A DNA stretch of 64,000 nt from an uncultured Gemmatimonadales bacterium (GCA_963798915.1 CAWCVB010000006.1:160001-224000), one strand, 5' to 3'; shown: positions 11,730 to 22,335, counted from the first letter of the stretch. The notes: generated by a model not told the origin, from the letters alone. A program made the numbers and translations.

Positions 11730-12667
11730 AGCTCTGCCGGCTGCTGAGCGCGCTCGCGATCGTGGGCCTGGTGCTGGCCGCGCTGCCGGCATCGGCACAT
11801 GCCTGGACCCCGGGAACCCACATCTATCTTGGCGAATCGGTACTCGCCAACCTGCAACTGCTGCCCGGGTCGGTGGCCGACCTGCTGCGCGCCTTTCCGT
11901 ACGACTTTCTCTACGGCAACATCGCAGCCGATTCCTCCATCGCAAAGAAGTACGCGCCGGTTGGGCGGCACTGCCACTACTGGCACGTGGGTCAGGAGAT
12001 CCATGACCTGGCCGATACCGACGCCCTTGGTGCGTTCGGCTGGGGCTACCTCTGCCACCTCGCTGCCGACACGGTGGCGCACAACTACTTCGTGCCCCGG
12101 CAGCTGGTGCTGACCAGCAGCACCTCCTCCGTTGGTCACTCGTACTGGGAGAGCCGGGTCGAGATGCATGTCGGCGACCACTATGCCGAGGCGGCGCGCG
12201 ACCTCATTCGCATGGACCATGAACTCGCCGACGCGCACCTGGATCGCATCATCTCGCCGACCATCTTCAGCGTGCGAACCAATCGTCGCCTGTTTCGGGG
12301 CATGGTACATCTGACCAACTCGCCTGGGTGGCAACGGGGCATGCAGGCCGCGCGCGAGCGCAGTCGCTGGGAGCTGAGCGACGGAGATGTCGAGCAGCAC
12401 CTGTCGCGATCGGTGGACTACATGATGGAACTGTTGGCGAGCACGGACGCGACGCCGCGGGGACTGGATCCCTCCGGCGAACGGCCCCTGAAGGTGGCCA
12501 AGGAGATTCGACGGGCGACGCTGCGGGAATTCGGTCGCCGAGCCCCTGAGCGGTTGCGGGAGGCGGCCACGGAGCACTACGGCCTTCCGGCCGGCGAGCT
12601 GCGCTATTGGCCCCGTCTGGAGCGACTGCTGCCACGCTCACCGGCTCGCGAGGGTGGTGCATCATGA
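11726..12667 (+). CDS. Secreted zinc-dependent phospholipase C / P1 nuclease family protein
   Basis: Signal peptide ending AHA, giving mature Trp1 (WTPGTH); GYLCHLAADTVAHN; HSYWE. Confidence 0.8.
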   Translation: MKLCRLLSALAIVGLVLAALPASAHAWTPGTHIYLGESVLANLQLLPGSVADLLRAFPYDFLYGNIAADSSIAKKYAPVGRHCHYWHVGQEIHDLADTDALGAFGWGYLCHLAADTVAHNYFVPRQLVLTSSTSSVGHSYWESRVEMHVGDHYAEAARDLIRMDHELADAHLDRIISPTIFSVRTNRRLFRGMVHLTNSPGWQRGMQAARERSRWELSDGDVEQHLSRSVDYMMELLASTDATPRGLDPSGERPLKVAKEIRRATLREFGRRAPERLREAATEHYGLPAGELRYWPRLERLLPRSPAREGGAS

Positions 12668-12671
12668 AGGG

Positions 12672-13922
12672 TCAGAACGGTACGCGTGCGGCCAACGCCG
12701 CCACGCCCGACAGCAGCCGGTCGACCTCTTCGGCGGTGCTGTAGCAGGCACAGCCGGCGCGGACCAGCCCCTGCTGTTCGAGCCCGAGCCGCTGGACGAT
12801 CGTCGCGGCATAGAAATCACCATCCGAAACAAAGACACCCGTTTTCGCCAGCGCTCGCGCAACGTCGCCGGACGGCAGGTTGCCGAGCGTGAACCCGATG
12901 GTCGGGGTCCGAGGGGCGCTGCCCGGGGCGAAACCATGCAGCCGCACGCCAGCGATCCCCGCCAACCCATTCCACATCCGGATAAGCACCGCCTCACCCT
13001 GTGCATTGAGCCAGTCATACGTGGCACGGAGCCGTTCCCGCCGGCTGCCAGAGGCGCCGGTCAAGCCGGCAAGAAAGTCCACCGCGGCGCCAACGCCGGC
13101 GATTCCCTCGTGGTTCAAGGTGCCGGTCTCGAAGCGTTCGGGAGATGTGTTCGGCGCCGGGTCGAGCTTGGGGACGTCCAGCGTCTCGCCCAGCCCCGCG
13201 CGCACGAACATGATGCCCACATGGGGGCCATAAAACTTGTACGCGGAGCAGGCCAGGAGATCGGCTCCAAAGGCCTGAACATCAACCAATTGGTGGGGCG
13301 CAAAGTGCACCGCGTCCACGAACAGCAGCGCACCCGCCCGGTGGATTGCCTCGGACACGCCGGCGATGTCAGTGATGGTGCCGATCGCATTCGAGGCCGC
13401 GCCAAGGGCAACCAGTCGGGTGCGTGGACCCAGCATCTGCTGGAGGGCCTCCAGGTCAAGGCCCCATCCGCTGGCGGCAAGCGGGACGGTGCGCACGGTG
13501 AGCCCATGGTCGCGCGCCGCCGCATGCCAGGGAGCGACGTTCGCGTGATGATCGAGCTCGGTCACCACGATCTCATCTCCCTGCTTCCACCTGCGCGCCA
13601 GCGCCCTCGCGAGATGAAAAGTCAGCGTGGTCATGTTCGCCCCAAAGGCGATTTCACCAGGGTGCGCCCCGAGCAGGTCGGCCACCGCCTGCCGCGCCGC
13701 CGAGATGATTGCGTCCGTTTCCACGCTGGAGGGAAAGGCCCAATGGGTGTTGGCATTGTGGTGCAGCAGGTACTCTCGCACTGCATCGGCAACCACGCCG
13801 GGCACCTGGGTACCGCCGGGCGCATCGAAGTAGGCCGCCGGAACGCCTGCGATGAGCCGCTCGAATGCGGGGAACTGGCGGCGCATCCCTTCGCTGGTGA
13901 TTGCCGGCCGGGTCGCGGTCAC
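12672..13922 (-). CDS. Cysteine desulfurase-like PLP enzyme (aminotransferase class V)
   Basis: YFDAPGGTQVP, LDHHANVAPW, VDAVH, SAYKFYGPH, FETGT. Confidence 0.88.
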   Translation of the reverse strand: MTATRPAITSEGMRRQFPAFERLIAGVPAAYFDAPGGTQVPGVVADAVREYLLHHNANTHWAFPSSVETDAIISAARQAVADLLGAHPGEIAFGANMTTLTFHLARALARRWKQGDEIVVTELDHHANVAPWHAAARDHGLTVRTVPLAASGWGLDLEALQQMLGPRTRLVALGAASNAIGTITDIAGVSEAIHRAGALLFVDAVHFAPHQLVDVQAFGADLLACSAYKFYGPHVGIMFVRAGLGETLDVPKLDPAPNTSPERFETGTLNHEGIAGVGAAVDFLAGLTGASGSRRERLRATYDWLNAQGEAVLIRMWNGLAGIAGVRLHGFAPGSAPRTPTIGFTLGNLPSGDVARALAKTGVFVSDGDFYAATIVQRLGLEQQGLVRAGCACYSTAEEVDRLLSGVAALAARVPF

Positions 13923-15337
13923 TTGAGTCGCTCCTGGAGAAGGGGCTGGACGCCCTTGGGATCTGCCTGACCGCGGCTCTGCTTCATGACCTGACCCACG
14001 AAGAAGCCCATCAGCTTGGTTTCACCACCGCGATAACGGGCGACTTCATCAGGATGGCGCGCGAGCACTTCAGCCACCCATCCGGCCAGCGCGTCTTCAT
14101 CCTGCACCTGCACCACGCCAAGCCGTTCTGCCAGCTCCATGGGCGAATCGTCGCGTTCGCGAAGCTCGGCAAAAATGCGCTTGGCCGCCTGGAGACTCAG
14201 GGTCCCGGCGCGCTCGAGCGCCACGAGTTCCGCCAGCCGCGCTGCCGCGACGGGAAAGCCGCCGGTCTCGTTCCATGCCGTCATGACTTCCCCGGTCACC
14301 CAATTGGCAGCGACCCGCCCCTCGACACCCGCCTCGACCAAGGCCTCGAAGTAGTCCGCAAGGGCCCGCTCGCCGCTCACCACGGCCGCATGGTATGCGG
14401 AAAGCCCCTGGTCCTGCTCCAGGCGCTGGCGCCTGGCGTCGGGCAGTTCGGGAAGAGCCGCGCGCTGGCGATTGACCCAGCCCTCGTCCACCACCAGGGG
14501 GGGCAGGTCCGGCTCGGCGAAGTAGCGATAATCGTGGCTCTCCTCCTTGGAGCGCATCGGATGAACGCTGCCTCGGGCGGCATCGAACAGCAGCGTCACC
14601 TGTCGGACAGGTTCCCCGCTCTCGAGCAGTGCCACCTGCCTGGCGAATTCGGCATTCAATGCGCGTTCGACGTTGGCGAAGCTGTTCATGTTCTTGATCT
14701 CGGTCTTCACGCCCAGCGCGCTGTCGCCAGCCGGACGCACCGACAGGTTGGCGTCCACCCGCAGGCTCCCCTGCTCCATGCTGCAATCGCTGGCGCCGGT
14801 GTACAGGAGTATCTGGCGCAGCGTAGCCAGCCAGGCGCGCGCCTCGGCTGGGCTCCTGAGGTCCGGCCCGCCCACGATTTCCGCGAGCGGCACGCCGGCC
14901 CGGTTCAGGTCCACCGCCGTCCGGCCCGGGATCCGGTCGTGAAGCGACTTGCCCGCATCTTCCTCCACATGCAGCCGCTGGATGTGCACCTCCACCCGGC
15001 CCCGCTCCGGAGAGTCGAAGGCCACGCCACCGTCAGTCGCCAACGGCTGGTCGTACTGCGAGATCTGGTAGCCCTTGGGCAGGTCGGGATAGAAATAGTT
15101 CTTCCGCGCGAACACGCTCCGGTAGTGGACGGTGCATCCCAGCGCGAGCGCGGCTCGCGCCGCGAGCTCGAGGGCATGCCCGTTCACCACCGGCAATGCC
15201 CCGGGCAGGCCCAGACAAACGGGGCACACATTAGTGTTGGGCGGATCGCCGAACGACGTGGAGCACGAGCAGTACATCTTGCTGGCCGTCTTGAGCTGCA
15301 TGTGCACTTCGAGGCCGATCACGCTTTCCCAGCTCAT
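13919..15337 (-). CDS. gatB: Asp/Glu-tRNA amidotransferase subunit B
   Basis: VIGLEVH, CPVCLGLPGALP, RKNYFYPDLPKGYQISQ, MRSKEESHDYRYF; ATG at 15337. Confidence 0.97.
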   Translation of the reverse strand: MSWESVIGLEVHMQLKTASKMYCSCSTSFGDPPNTNVCPVCLGLPGALPVVNGHALELAARAALALGCTVHYRSVFARKNYFYPDLPKGYQISQYDQPLATDGGVAFDSPERGRVEVHIQRLHVEEDAGKSLHDRIPGRTAVDLNRAGVPLAEIVGGPDLRSPAEARAWLATLRQILLYTGASDCSMEQGSLRVDANLSVRPAGDSALGVKTEIKNMNSFANVERALNAEFARQVALLESGEPVRQVTLLFDAARGSVHPMRSKEESHDYRYFAEPDLPPLVVDEGWVNRQRAALPELPDARRQRLEQDQGLSAYHAAVVSGERALADYFEALVEAGVEGRVAANWVTGEVMTAWNETGGFPVAAARLAELVALERAGTLSLQAAKRIFAELRERDDSPMELAERLGVVQVQDEDALAGWVAEVLARHPDEVARYRGGETKLMGFFVGQVMKQSRGQADPKGVQPLLQERLK

Positions 15338-16728
15338 CAGCGGACCTCCGCCGCAGCGTCCAGCCTGGACTCCATCGCCAGCGCGACCTCGAGCATTGAC
15401 TCGTCCGCACCTAGCGGCGCCATGAGTTGCACCCCCACTGGAAGTCCCTCGCTCCGTCCGGCCGGCAGGCTGATGGCGGGGATGCCCGCCAGGTTGGCCG
15501 GACACACAAAAACATCCGCCTGGTACATCGCCACCGGGTCGGCGGTCTTCTCACCCGCCTTGAAGGCGGGCGTCGGCGTGGTCGGCGTCAGGAGGACATC
15601 AATCCCGCCCGCAAAGACGCGCCGGAAGTCATTGGCGATCAGCGATCGCACCCGCTGGGCCTTGCCGTAATAGGCCTCATGGTACCCGGCACTGAGAACG
15701 TATGTCCCGATGAGGATTCGCCGGCGGACTTCCGCCCCGAAACCGGCGCCGCGGGTGGCGCGATAGAGTGAGCGCATGTCGTTGCCGGGACCGCTGCGCC
15801 GCACGCCATAGCGGACGCCATCGAAGCGGGCCAGGTTGGCTGACGCTTCTGCGGGCGCGATGACATAGTACGCCGGCACGGCGTGGGGCGCGTGCGGCAG
15901 CGAAACGTCCACCAGTTCCGCGCCAAGATCACGGAGCGCCTGCCGCGCCTTCACCAGTCCTGCAGCGACGCCCGGATGCAGGTCATCGGGAAAAAACTCG
16001 ACCGGCATTCCGACGCGGAGCCCTTGCAGGCTCGGCCGTCCGCCAGGTGCCACGATTGGCGGCTGCGCCAGCGTGGTGGAGTCCTGCGGGTCGGGTCCGC
16101 TGATTGCCTGAAGCAGGCGAGCGGCATCGCCAACCGTCCGTCCAAACGGCGAGACAGCGTCGAGCGACGAACCGAAGGCCACAAGACCGTAGCGACTCAC
16201 CCGCCCGTAGCTCGGCTTGATACCCACCACGCCGCAGAAAGCCGCCGGCTGGCGCACCGATCCGCCGGTCTCCGAGCCAAGCGCCGCCGGAACGACACCA
16301 GCAGCGACCAGCGCTGCCGAACCGCCAGACGAACCGCCGGGAACCCGCTCGGCATCGTCGGGGTGCATGACACGGCCGAATGCTGAGTGTTCGGTGGACG
16401 AGCCCATGGCGAATTCATCGAGATTCGCCTTGCAGGCTACCAGCCCACCGGCCGCTCGCAGACGACGGATCACGGTGGCATCGTACGGCGAGGTGAAGCC
16501 CTCAAGCATCCTGGAGGCGCATGTCGTGGGCTGCTGCACCGTCACGATGTTGTCCTTGACCGCGACCGGCACGCCATAGAGCGGACGCGTCCTGGCATCC
16601 CCCAGCGCATCCGCCGAGCGAGCCTCGGCGTCCAGCAGCTCGGCGGACCAGTGCAGCACGGCATTCAGCCCGGCAGCTGACTCGAGTCGGCGGGCCGTCG
16701 CCGTGGCCGCAGCGCGGGCGCCGCTCAT
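15337..16728 (-). CDS. gatA: Asp/Glu-tRNA amidotransferase subunit A
   Basis: VKDNI, NLDEFAMGSS, GGSSGGS, GSETGGSVRQPA, EVRRRILIG. Confidence 0.96.
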   Translation of the reverse strand: MSGARAAATATARRLESAAGLNAVLHWSAELLDAEARSADALGDARTRPLYGVPVAVKDNIVTVQQPTTCASRMLEGFTSPYDATVIRRLRAAGGLVACKANLDEFAMGSSTEHSAFGRVMHPDDAERVPGGSSGGSAALVAAGVVPAALGSETGGSVRQPAAFCGVVGIKPSYGRVSRYGLVAFGSSLDAVSPFGRTVGDAARLLQAISGPDPQDSTTLAQPPIVAPGGRPSLQGLRVGMPVEFFPDDLHPGVAAGLVKARQALRDLGAELVDVSLPHAPHAVPAYYVIAPAEASANLARFDGVRYGVRRSGPGNDMRSLYRATRGAGFGAEVRRRILIGTYVLSAGYHEAYYGKAQRVRSLIANDFRRVFAGGIDVLLTPTTPTPAFKAGEKTADPVAMYQADVFVCPANLAGIPAISLPAGRSEGLPVGVQLMAPLGADESMLEVALAMESRLDAAAEVR

Positions 16729-17027
16729 GGATCTTCCTCGAGAGCGCCGCGAAGCGGAACGGCGAACAATCCGTCCACGAACTCCGGCGCCATCTCGGCC
16801 ACCGGGTGCGCCAGCGAGGCGGGGCGCACCTCATCCTCGCGGAGCGGACAGGCAGCCGGCCCCGCGATGAAGGGCTCCGATCCGGCATCATCGGTCACCT
16901 CGTTCAATCGTTCCACGAACATCACGATCCGTTCCAGCTGACCAGTGAGCTCAACCAGCTCCCGCTCGTCGATGGCCAGCTCAGCCAGCCTGGCCATCCG
17001 GGCGATGTCGTCCCGCGATATGCTCAT
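16725..17027 (-). CDS. gatC: Asp/Glu-tRNA amidotransferase subunit C
   Basis: MSISRDDIARMARLAEL, PLRED, FAVP; coupled to gatA. Confidence 0.92.
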   Translation of the reverse strand: MSISRDDIARMARLAELAIDERELVELTGQLERIVMFVERLNEVTDDAGSEPFIAGPAACPLREDEVRPASLAHPVAEMAPEFVDGLFAVPLRGALEEDP

Positions 17028-19282
17028 GCGCTCTCCCACTCTCGTTCCAGGCCGGCATACGCCACCAGCAACTCCTTGGTGCCAACTTCCTGGTCGTCAA
17101 ACGCCACGCTCACCTTGAGGTCGCGCCCGGCGCCGCGCAGGCCGCGAATGGTGCCGGATCCGAACCGGCGATGCCGGACGCGCTCACCCTTGACGTAGCG
17201 TGGAGCATCCTGCGAGGCCTCCTCCACCGCCGGCACGGCTGCCGCCGCGCGTGACTGCTGGCGGGTCCAGGAGCGGCCCGGTGCCGCCCGGCCTGGGCCA
17301 GCATTCCACCCTGGCGCCCAGAGCGCGGAGGTGCGCTGTTCGTCTACCACCTCGGGCGGCACCGCCTTGAGAAAGCGCGAGGGCGCGCCAGGACGCAGCT
17401 CGCCGCCGCGCCGGCGGGCACGCGCCCATGAGAGGTACAGCTTGTCCTTGGCGCGCGTGAGGCCCACGTACGCGAGGCGCCGCTCTTCCTCCAGGCCCTC
17501 GAGTTGCTCCAACGAGCGACCCAGCGGGAACAGGCCCTCCTCCAATCCCGCGATCACCACCACTGGCCACTCGAGTCCCTTGGCCGTGTGCAGGGTCATC
17601 AGGGTGACGCCGCGCTCGTCACCGGCAATCGTGTCGTTGGCCGATACCAGGGCTGCTTCGGACAGGAAACGCCCCAGTGGAGTGCCTTCCTCCTCGGGCG
17701 AAACGACTTCGGACCAGTTGGCAGCGCTGGCCACCAGCTCCCGCACATTGTCCCAACGGTCGAGCCCCTCCGGTCCCTCGGCTCGCAACCAGGCCTCATA
17801 GTCCGTGATCCGGATGATTTCCTCCAGCAGCTGCGCCGGGGTCCATACGGCGGCAACGTCATGCAGCCGCGCCATCGCTGCTGCGAAGTCACGCAGTGCA
17901 TTGCGCACATTGGGCCGCAGGTCCGCAACCGCATCGGCACGCGCGGCAGCCTCCAGCAGTGGCCGGCCCCATGCGGAGGCCTGCGCCACCAGCGCCGCAA
18001 GGCTGGAGTCGCCGATGCCGCGCTTGGGGGTGTTGATGGCGCGAAGAAATGCTTCGTCGTCACTGGGATTCGCCACCAGCCGGAGATAGGCCAGGAGATC
18101 CCTGACCTCGCGCCGGGCATAGAAACTGGTGGCGCCGATGATCCGGTAGGGCACGCCGCTTCGCCTGAATGCCTCCTCAAAGGCCCGCGACTGCGCATTT
18201 GTTCGATACAGGATTGCCATCTCGTCATAGGCCCAATCGGCGGCACTCTGGCGCCGCACCAGCTCACGCACCACCCACTCGGCTTCGTCACGCTCATCGG
18301 CCGCCGCCACCAGCGTGAGCATTTCGCCGCCCTGCCGGTTGGTGCGCAGGACCTTGCCGATCCGCCCCGCATTTTCGCCAATCACACCGTTCGCCGCGTC
18401 CAGCACCAGACTGGTCGAGCGATAATTCTCCTCCAGGCGCACCAGCCGCGCGCCAGCGAAATCCTCCTGAAACTGGCGCATGTTGCGCACGTCCGCGCCG
18501 CGCCAGCCGTAGATGCTCTGGTCGTCGTCCCCGACGGCGGCGATGTTCCCGTGGTGCCCGAGCAAGCGGATCAGCTGGTACTGCGCCTTGTTGGTATCCT
18601 GGAATTCGTCCACCAGGACGAACTGGAACTTGTGCCGATAGTAGTCCAGCCGGTCCGGATGCTCCCGGAACAATTGCAGCGGAAGCAGCAGCAGGTCGTC
18701 GAATTCCATTGCATTGGCCGCTCGCAACGCCGGACCCATCGCCTCCATCACGTCGGCAGCCACCTGCGCCAGGCGGTCAAATGGTGACTCGCTCCGGAGC
18801 TGCTCCGCTGATTGCATCCGGTTGCGGGCACCTGACACGATCGACTGCACGACCTTGGGCGTGAATGTGCGGGGCGAATGCCCGCCCTGCTCGAGCAGGC
18901 GCTTGACCAGTGCCACCGAGTCGGCCTGGTCGTAGATGCTGAACTGGCGGGTGAAGCCGAGGAGCTCCGCGTCCCGGCGAAGCATCCGGGCGCCGAGGGC
19001 ATGAAACGTCCCGATCCAGAGCCCCGAGGGATCCCGCTGGAGCAGACGGCCGATGCGCTCCTTCATTTCGCCGGCAGCCTTGTTGGTGAAGGTCACCGCG
19101 AAAATCCGGTCGGGCGGCACGCCATGCCGCTCGATGAGATTGGCGATCCGGGTCGTGAGAACGCGCGTCTTGCCCGAGCCGGCACCGGCCAGGACCAGCA
19201 GAGGTCCGTGGACGTGTTCCACCGCCTCGGCCTGTGCCGGATTCAGCGCCTGGAACCACTCCGATCGTGCTTCGTGCGTCAT
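17024..19282 (-). CDS. pcrA: UvrD/PcrA family ATP-dependent DNA helicase
   Basis: AGAGSGKT, VDEFQDTN, GDDDQSIY, ENYRS, HTAKGLEW, EERRLAYVGLTRA, C-terminal Tudor-like domain; ATG at 19282. Confidence 0.95.
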   Translation of the reverse strand: MTHEARSEWFQALNPAQAEAVEHVHGPLLVLAGAGSGKTRVLTTRIANLIERHGVPPDRIFAVTFTNKAAGEMKERIGRLLQRDPSGLWIGTFHALGARMLRRDAELLGFTRQFSIYDQADSVALVKRLLEQGGHSPRTFTPKVVQSIVSGARNRMQSAEQLRSESPFDRLAQVAADVMEAMGPALRAANAMEFDDLLLLPLQLFREHPDRLDYYRHKFQFVLVDEFQDTNKAQYQLIRLLGHHGNIAAVGDDDQSIYGWRGADVRNMRQFQEDFAGARLVRLEENYRSTSLVLDAANGVIGENAGRIGKVLRTNRQGGEMLTLVAAADERDEAEWVVRELVRRQSAADWAYDEMAILYRTNAQSRAFEEAFRRSGVPYRIIGATSFYARREVRDLLAYLRLVANPSDDEAFLRAINTPKRGIGDSSLAALVAQASAWGRPLLEAAARADAVADLRPNVRNALRDFAAAMARLHDVAAVWTPAQLLEEIIRITDYEAWLRAEGPEGLDRWDNVRELVASAANWSEVVSPEEEGTPLGRFLSEAALVSANDTIAGDERGVTLMTLHTAKGLEWPVVVIAGLEEGLFPLGRSLEQLEGLEEERRLAYVGLTRAKDKLYLSWARARRRGGELRPGAPSRFLKAVPPEVVDEQRTSALWAPGWNAGPGRAAPGRSWTRQQSRAAAAVPAVEEASQDAPRYVKGERVRHRRFGSGTIRGLRGAGRDLKVSVAFDDQEVGTKELLVAYAGLEREWESA

Positions 19283-20460
19283 GACTTCTTTTCCGACAGG
19301 GGAAGCCGCATTACGAAAGTGGCGCCACGCTCCCCCGGTTCCAGTACCAATTCTCCGCCATGGGCATCCTCGACAACGCGGCGTGCCAGCGCCAGTCCGA
19401 TGCCCCACCCGCCCTGCTTGCTGCTGGCACCCGGCTCGAACAGCCGCCTCCGCATCTCGCGAGTGACGCCGGGGCCGTCGTCGATCACCCTCAGCTCAGC
19501 GCGCGCGTGATCCGCGCCGACCCGGAGCGTAATGGTTCCCTGGCGGCCGTGCAGCGCGTCGATTGCGTTCTTGACCAGCGCCTCCAGGGTCCACTCCAGC
19601 AGGACCGGATCGCCGATAATGATTGGACCAGCGCTCGGCGCATCGACTCGCAGGGTGATGGGATTGGCATGACGCGGCAATCGGGGCCTGAAGTATTCGG
19701 CCACGCGCGCGGCGAGCGCCCCGAGGCCGACGGGCTCGCGCCGGGCCGGGTTGCCAATGCGCTCAAAGCGCCTGGCAACGCGCTCCAGCCTTTCCGCGTC
19801 AGCCGCCAGATGCTCGGCAAGCTCAGGTGGTGGTGACGGGCGCCCGCGAAGCGACTCGATCCAGCCCTGCAGGCTCATCAAGGGGGTGCCAAGCTGGTGG
19901 GCCGCTTCGCGGGCCATCGCGACCCAGAGCCGGTCACGCTGGGCGCTCATGCCGCTACGATACGCGAAGGCGGCGACGGCCACCATCATGAGGATGATGA
20001 ATGCCTGCAGCACGGCCAACCCGGTCAGCTGGCCCTTGGCCGGCAGCGGGCCGTAATGGATTTCCTGACCGCTCAGCGAATCCCGGAGCGGCGCATTGCT
20101 CGCGTCGAGCCCGGCGACGTAGCGTTGGATTCGTGAATCCCCGAGCGGCAACTCGCGCAGGGCCCCAGGCAGGTTGTCGGCCGCAGTGACGACGCCGGAC
20201 GAGTCGGTGACCACCAGTGGCATCCCGAGATGCCGGACCTGCTCGCCCAACCGCAGCAGCGCATCGGCTTCGCCCCCGGGCTGCGAACTGTTCAAGCCCG
20301 AATACACACCGGAATAGAGGCGGCTCATCGAGCGCGCATCCTCACCGAAGTGCCGCGCGACAAGGAAGGCGGTGCCCAGACTCAGGCCGGCGAGGAGCGC
20401 CACCAGCAACACCGCGGCCGTTGGCGCCAGCCGACCGGCGGGGCGCCTCGCGTCAGGCAC
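19279..20460 (-). CDS. Membrane sensor histidine kinase
   Basis: Two TM helices, H-box AHQLGTPL, N-box KNAIDA, DDGPG, GWGIGL. Confidence 0.9.
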   Translation of the reverse strand: MPDARRPAGRLAPTAAVLLVALLAGLSLGTAFLVARHFGEDARSMSRLYSGVYSGLNSSQPGGEADALLRLGEQVRHLGMPLVVTDSSGVVTAADNLPGALRELPLGDSRIQRYVAGLDASNAPLRDSLSGQEIHYGPLPAKGQLTGLAVLQAFIILMMVAVAAFAYRSGMSAQRDRLWVAMAREAAHQLGTPLMSLQGWIESLRGRPSPPPELAEHLAADAERLERVARRFERIGNPARREPVGLGALAARVAEYFRPRLPRHANPITLRVDAPSAGPIIIGDPVLLEWTLEALVKNAIDALHGRQGTITLRVGADHARAELRVIDDGPGVTREMRRRLFEPGASSKQGGWGIGLALARRVVEDAHGGELVLEPGERGATFVMRLPLSEKKS

Positions 20461-21736
20461 GTGGCACGAGGCGGTCCATGCCCAGGTAGGGCACCAGCGC
20501 CTCGGGGATCCGGATCGAGCCATCGCGCTGCTGATTGTTTTCGAGCAGTGCGATGATGGTCCGCGGGAAGGCCACGCCGGAGGCGTTGAGCGTGTGGACG
20601 AACTCGGGACGGGCGCCGGGCTCCGGCCGGAAGCGGATATTGGCGCGGCGAGCCTGAAAGTCGGTGAAAGTGCTGGCGCTGGATGCCTCGAGCCAGGTCC
20701 CCACGCCCTCGGCCCAGACTTCCAGGTCGTACGTGCGCGCTGCCGCGAACCCGGTATCGCCTGCAGCGAGTTCGAGCACTCGATAGGGCAAACCGAGGGC
20801 CTGGAGGACGGCCTCAGCGTGCCCGGTCAGGATGATGTGCTCCGCGTCGGAGTGCTCGGGTCGGACCAGGCGCACCAGCTCCACCTTGTCGAACTGGTGG
20901 ACCCGGATCAGCCCACGCGTATCCTTCCCGTGAGCGCCGGCCTCGCGCCGGAAGCACGGCGTATAGGCCACGAAGCCCGCCGGCAGTGCCTCGGCATCCA
21001 GGATTTCATCACGATAGAGGTTGGTGACCGGTACTTCGGCGGTCGGTATCAGGAAGAAATCGTCGTCCGCGGTGCGGTAAAGATCATCCTCGAATTTGGG
21101 CAGTTGGCCCGTGCCGGTCAGTGATGCACGATTGACCAGATAAGGCGGGGCGATTTCGAGGTAGCCATGCTCCCGGACATGCAGGTCGAGCATGAAGTTG
21201 GCAAGCGCCCGCACCAGCCTGGCCCCCGCGCCTGCAAAGAGCGGGAAACCGGAGCCGGTCAGCTTGGCCCCGCGGACCAGGTCGAGGATGCCGAGGTCGG
21301 CCGCAAGGTCCCAATGCGGGCGTGGAACGAAGTCGAGGACTGGCCGTTCTCCCCATTCGCGAACGACGCGATTGGCCGACGCGGGGCCGTCTGGCACGTC
21401 GGGATGGGGCAGGTTGGGCACACGCAGCAGCGCAGCCTCGAGCTGTTCATCGATCTGCCGCACGTCGGCATCGAGGGCCTTCACTTCCTCGCTCGAGGCC
21501 TTGAGCCTGGCGAGCAGGGTCTCCGCCGGCTCGCCAGCTTGCTTGAGTCGCGCTACCTCCGCGCTCGACGCGTTCCGTTCAGCCTTGAGCGCCTCCACGC
21601 GGGTCAGCAGTTCCCGCCGGCGCTGGTCAAGACCAAGTACCGCATCCAGGGCGGCATCCAGCGCACTATCGCCGCGGCGGGCCAGCGCGGCGCGGTAACG
21701 CTCCGGCTCCTGCCGAAGTCGCTTGATGTCAAGCAT
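20453..21736 (-). CDS. serS: Serine--tRNA ligase
   Basis: MLDIK, GTGQLPKF, LIPTAEV, FRREAG, HQFDKVE, HTLNASG. Confidence 0.98.
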   Translation of the reverse strand: MLDIKRLRQEPERYRAALARRGDSALDAALDAVLGLDQRRRELLTRVEALKAERNASSAEVARLKQAGEPAETLLARLKASSEEVKALDADVRQIDEQLEAALLRVPNLPHPDVPDGPASANRVVREWGERPVLDFVPRPHWDLAADLGILDLVRGAKLTGSGFPLFAGAGARLVRALANFMLDLHVREHGYLEIAPPYLVNRASLTGTGQLPKFEDDLYRTADDDFFLIPTAEVPVTNLYRDEILDAEALPAGFVAYTPCFRREAGAHGKDTRGLIRVHQFDKVELVRLVRPEHSDAEHIILTGHAEAVLQALGLPYRVLELAAGDTGFAAARTYDLEVWAEGVGTWLEASSASTFTDFQARRANIRFRPEPGARPEFVHTLNASGVAFPRTIIALLENNQQRDGSIRIPEALVPYLGMDRLVPRA

Positions 21737-21742
21737 GCGACT

Positions 21743-22291
21743 CTACTTTTCGGGCAGGCCCGGCGCCAGCCCGATGTAACCGCAATTCTGGTCGGCCAGT
21801 ACCTCGAACGTCACCGTTCGCGCAAGGGCGTCGATGCCAAGAATCCGGAGCTTTGCGTAGAGCGGTGCGCCAAGGGACGAGCAGACGACCCGCGACCGGG
21901 CGACGAACACGTCGCCGACGGCCAGCTGCACCGTGTCCCGGGTGGTGTAACCGTTACTGCCGGCTTCGGTAATGGCGGCGAAGTCAGAGGTTGACCGGAT
22001 GAGCCCCGGCTGCAGGCCGCTGGCCGGGAAATTGAGCCCAGCCCGGGGAATGAACACTGGCAGGCCGTCACGCAGGTCAAAGGCGACGTCGAAGTCCGCG
22101 CTCAGGTCGGTCCGGACGCTTCGCGGGCCTGCGAGCGACAGCGCGCTCGGCAGTTGGATGGCAGTTTCCGTCAGCGCCGAGATCGAGATGGTATCGACCA
22201 CATTCTCGATCTGGGGATCGGCGAGCGCATTCGGGTCGCCGCAGGCGGCCAGGCCAAGGATGGCGGCAAGACAGACGATTGAGGGACGCAT
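21743..22291 (-). CDS. Hypothetical lipoprotein
   Basis: MRPSIVCLAAILGLAAC lipobox; first gene after a good sigma70 promoter. Confidence 0.75.
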   Translation of the reverse strand: MRPSIVCLAAILGLAACGDPNALADPQIENVVDTISISALTETAIQLPSALSLAGPRSVRTDLSADFDVAFDLRDGLPVFIPRAGLNFPASGLQPGLIRSTSDFAAITEAGSNGYTTRDTVQLAVGDVFVARSRVVCSSLGAPLYAKLRILGIDALARTVTFEVLADQNCGYIGLAPGLPEK

Positions 22292-22300
22292 GTGAAGGGA

Positions 22301-22329
22301 AGAGTAAGGGCCGGAAGAATGAGGGTCAA
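22301..22329 (-). promoter_or_regulatory. sigma70-type promoter for the lipoprotein-serS operon
   Basis: TTGACC-N17-TACTCT on the minus strand. Confidence 0.65.
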
Positions 22330-22335
22330 TCTTTC

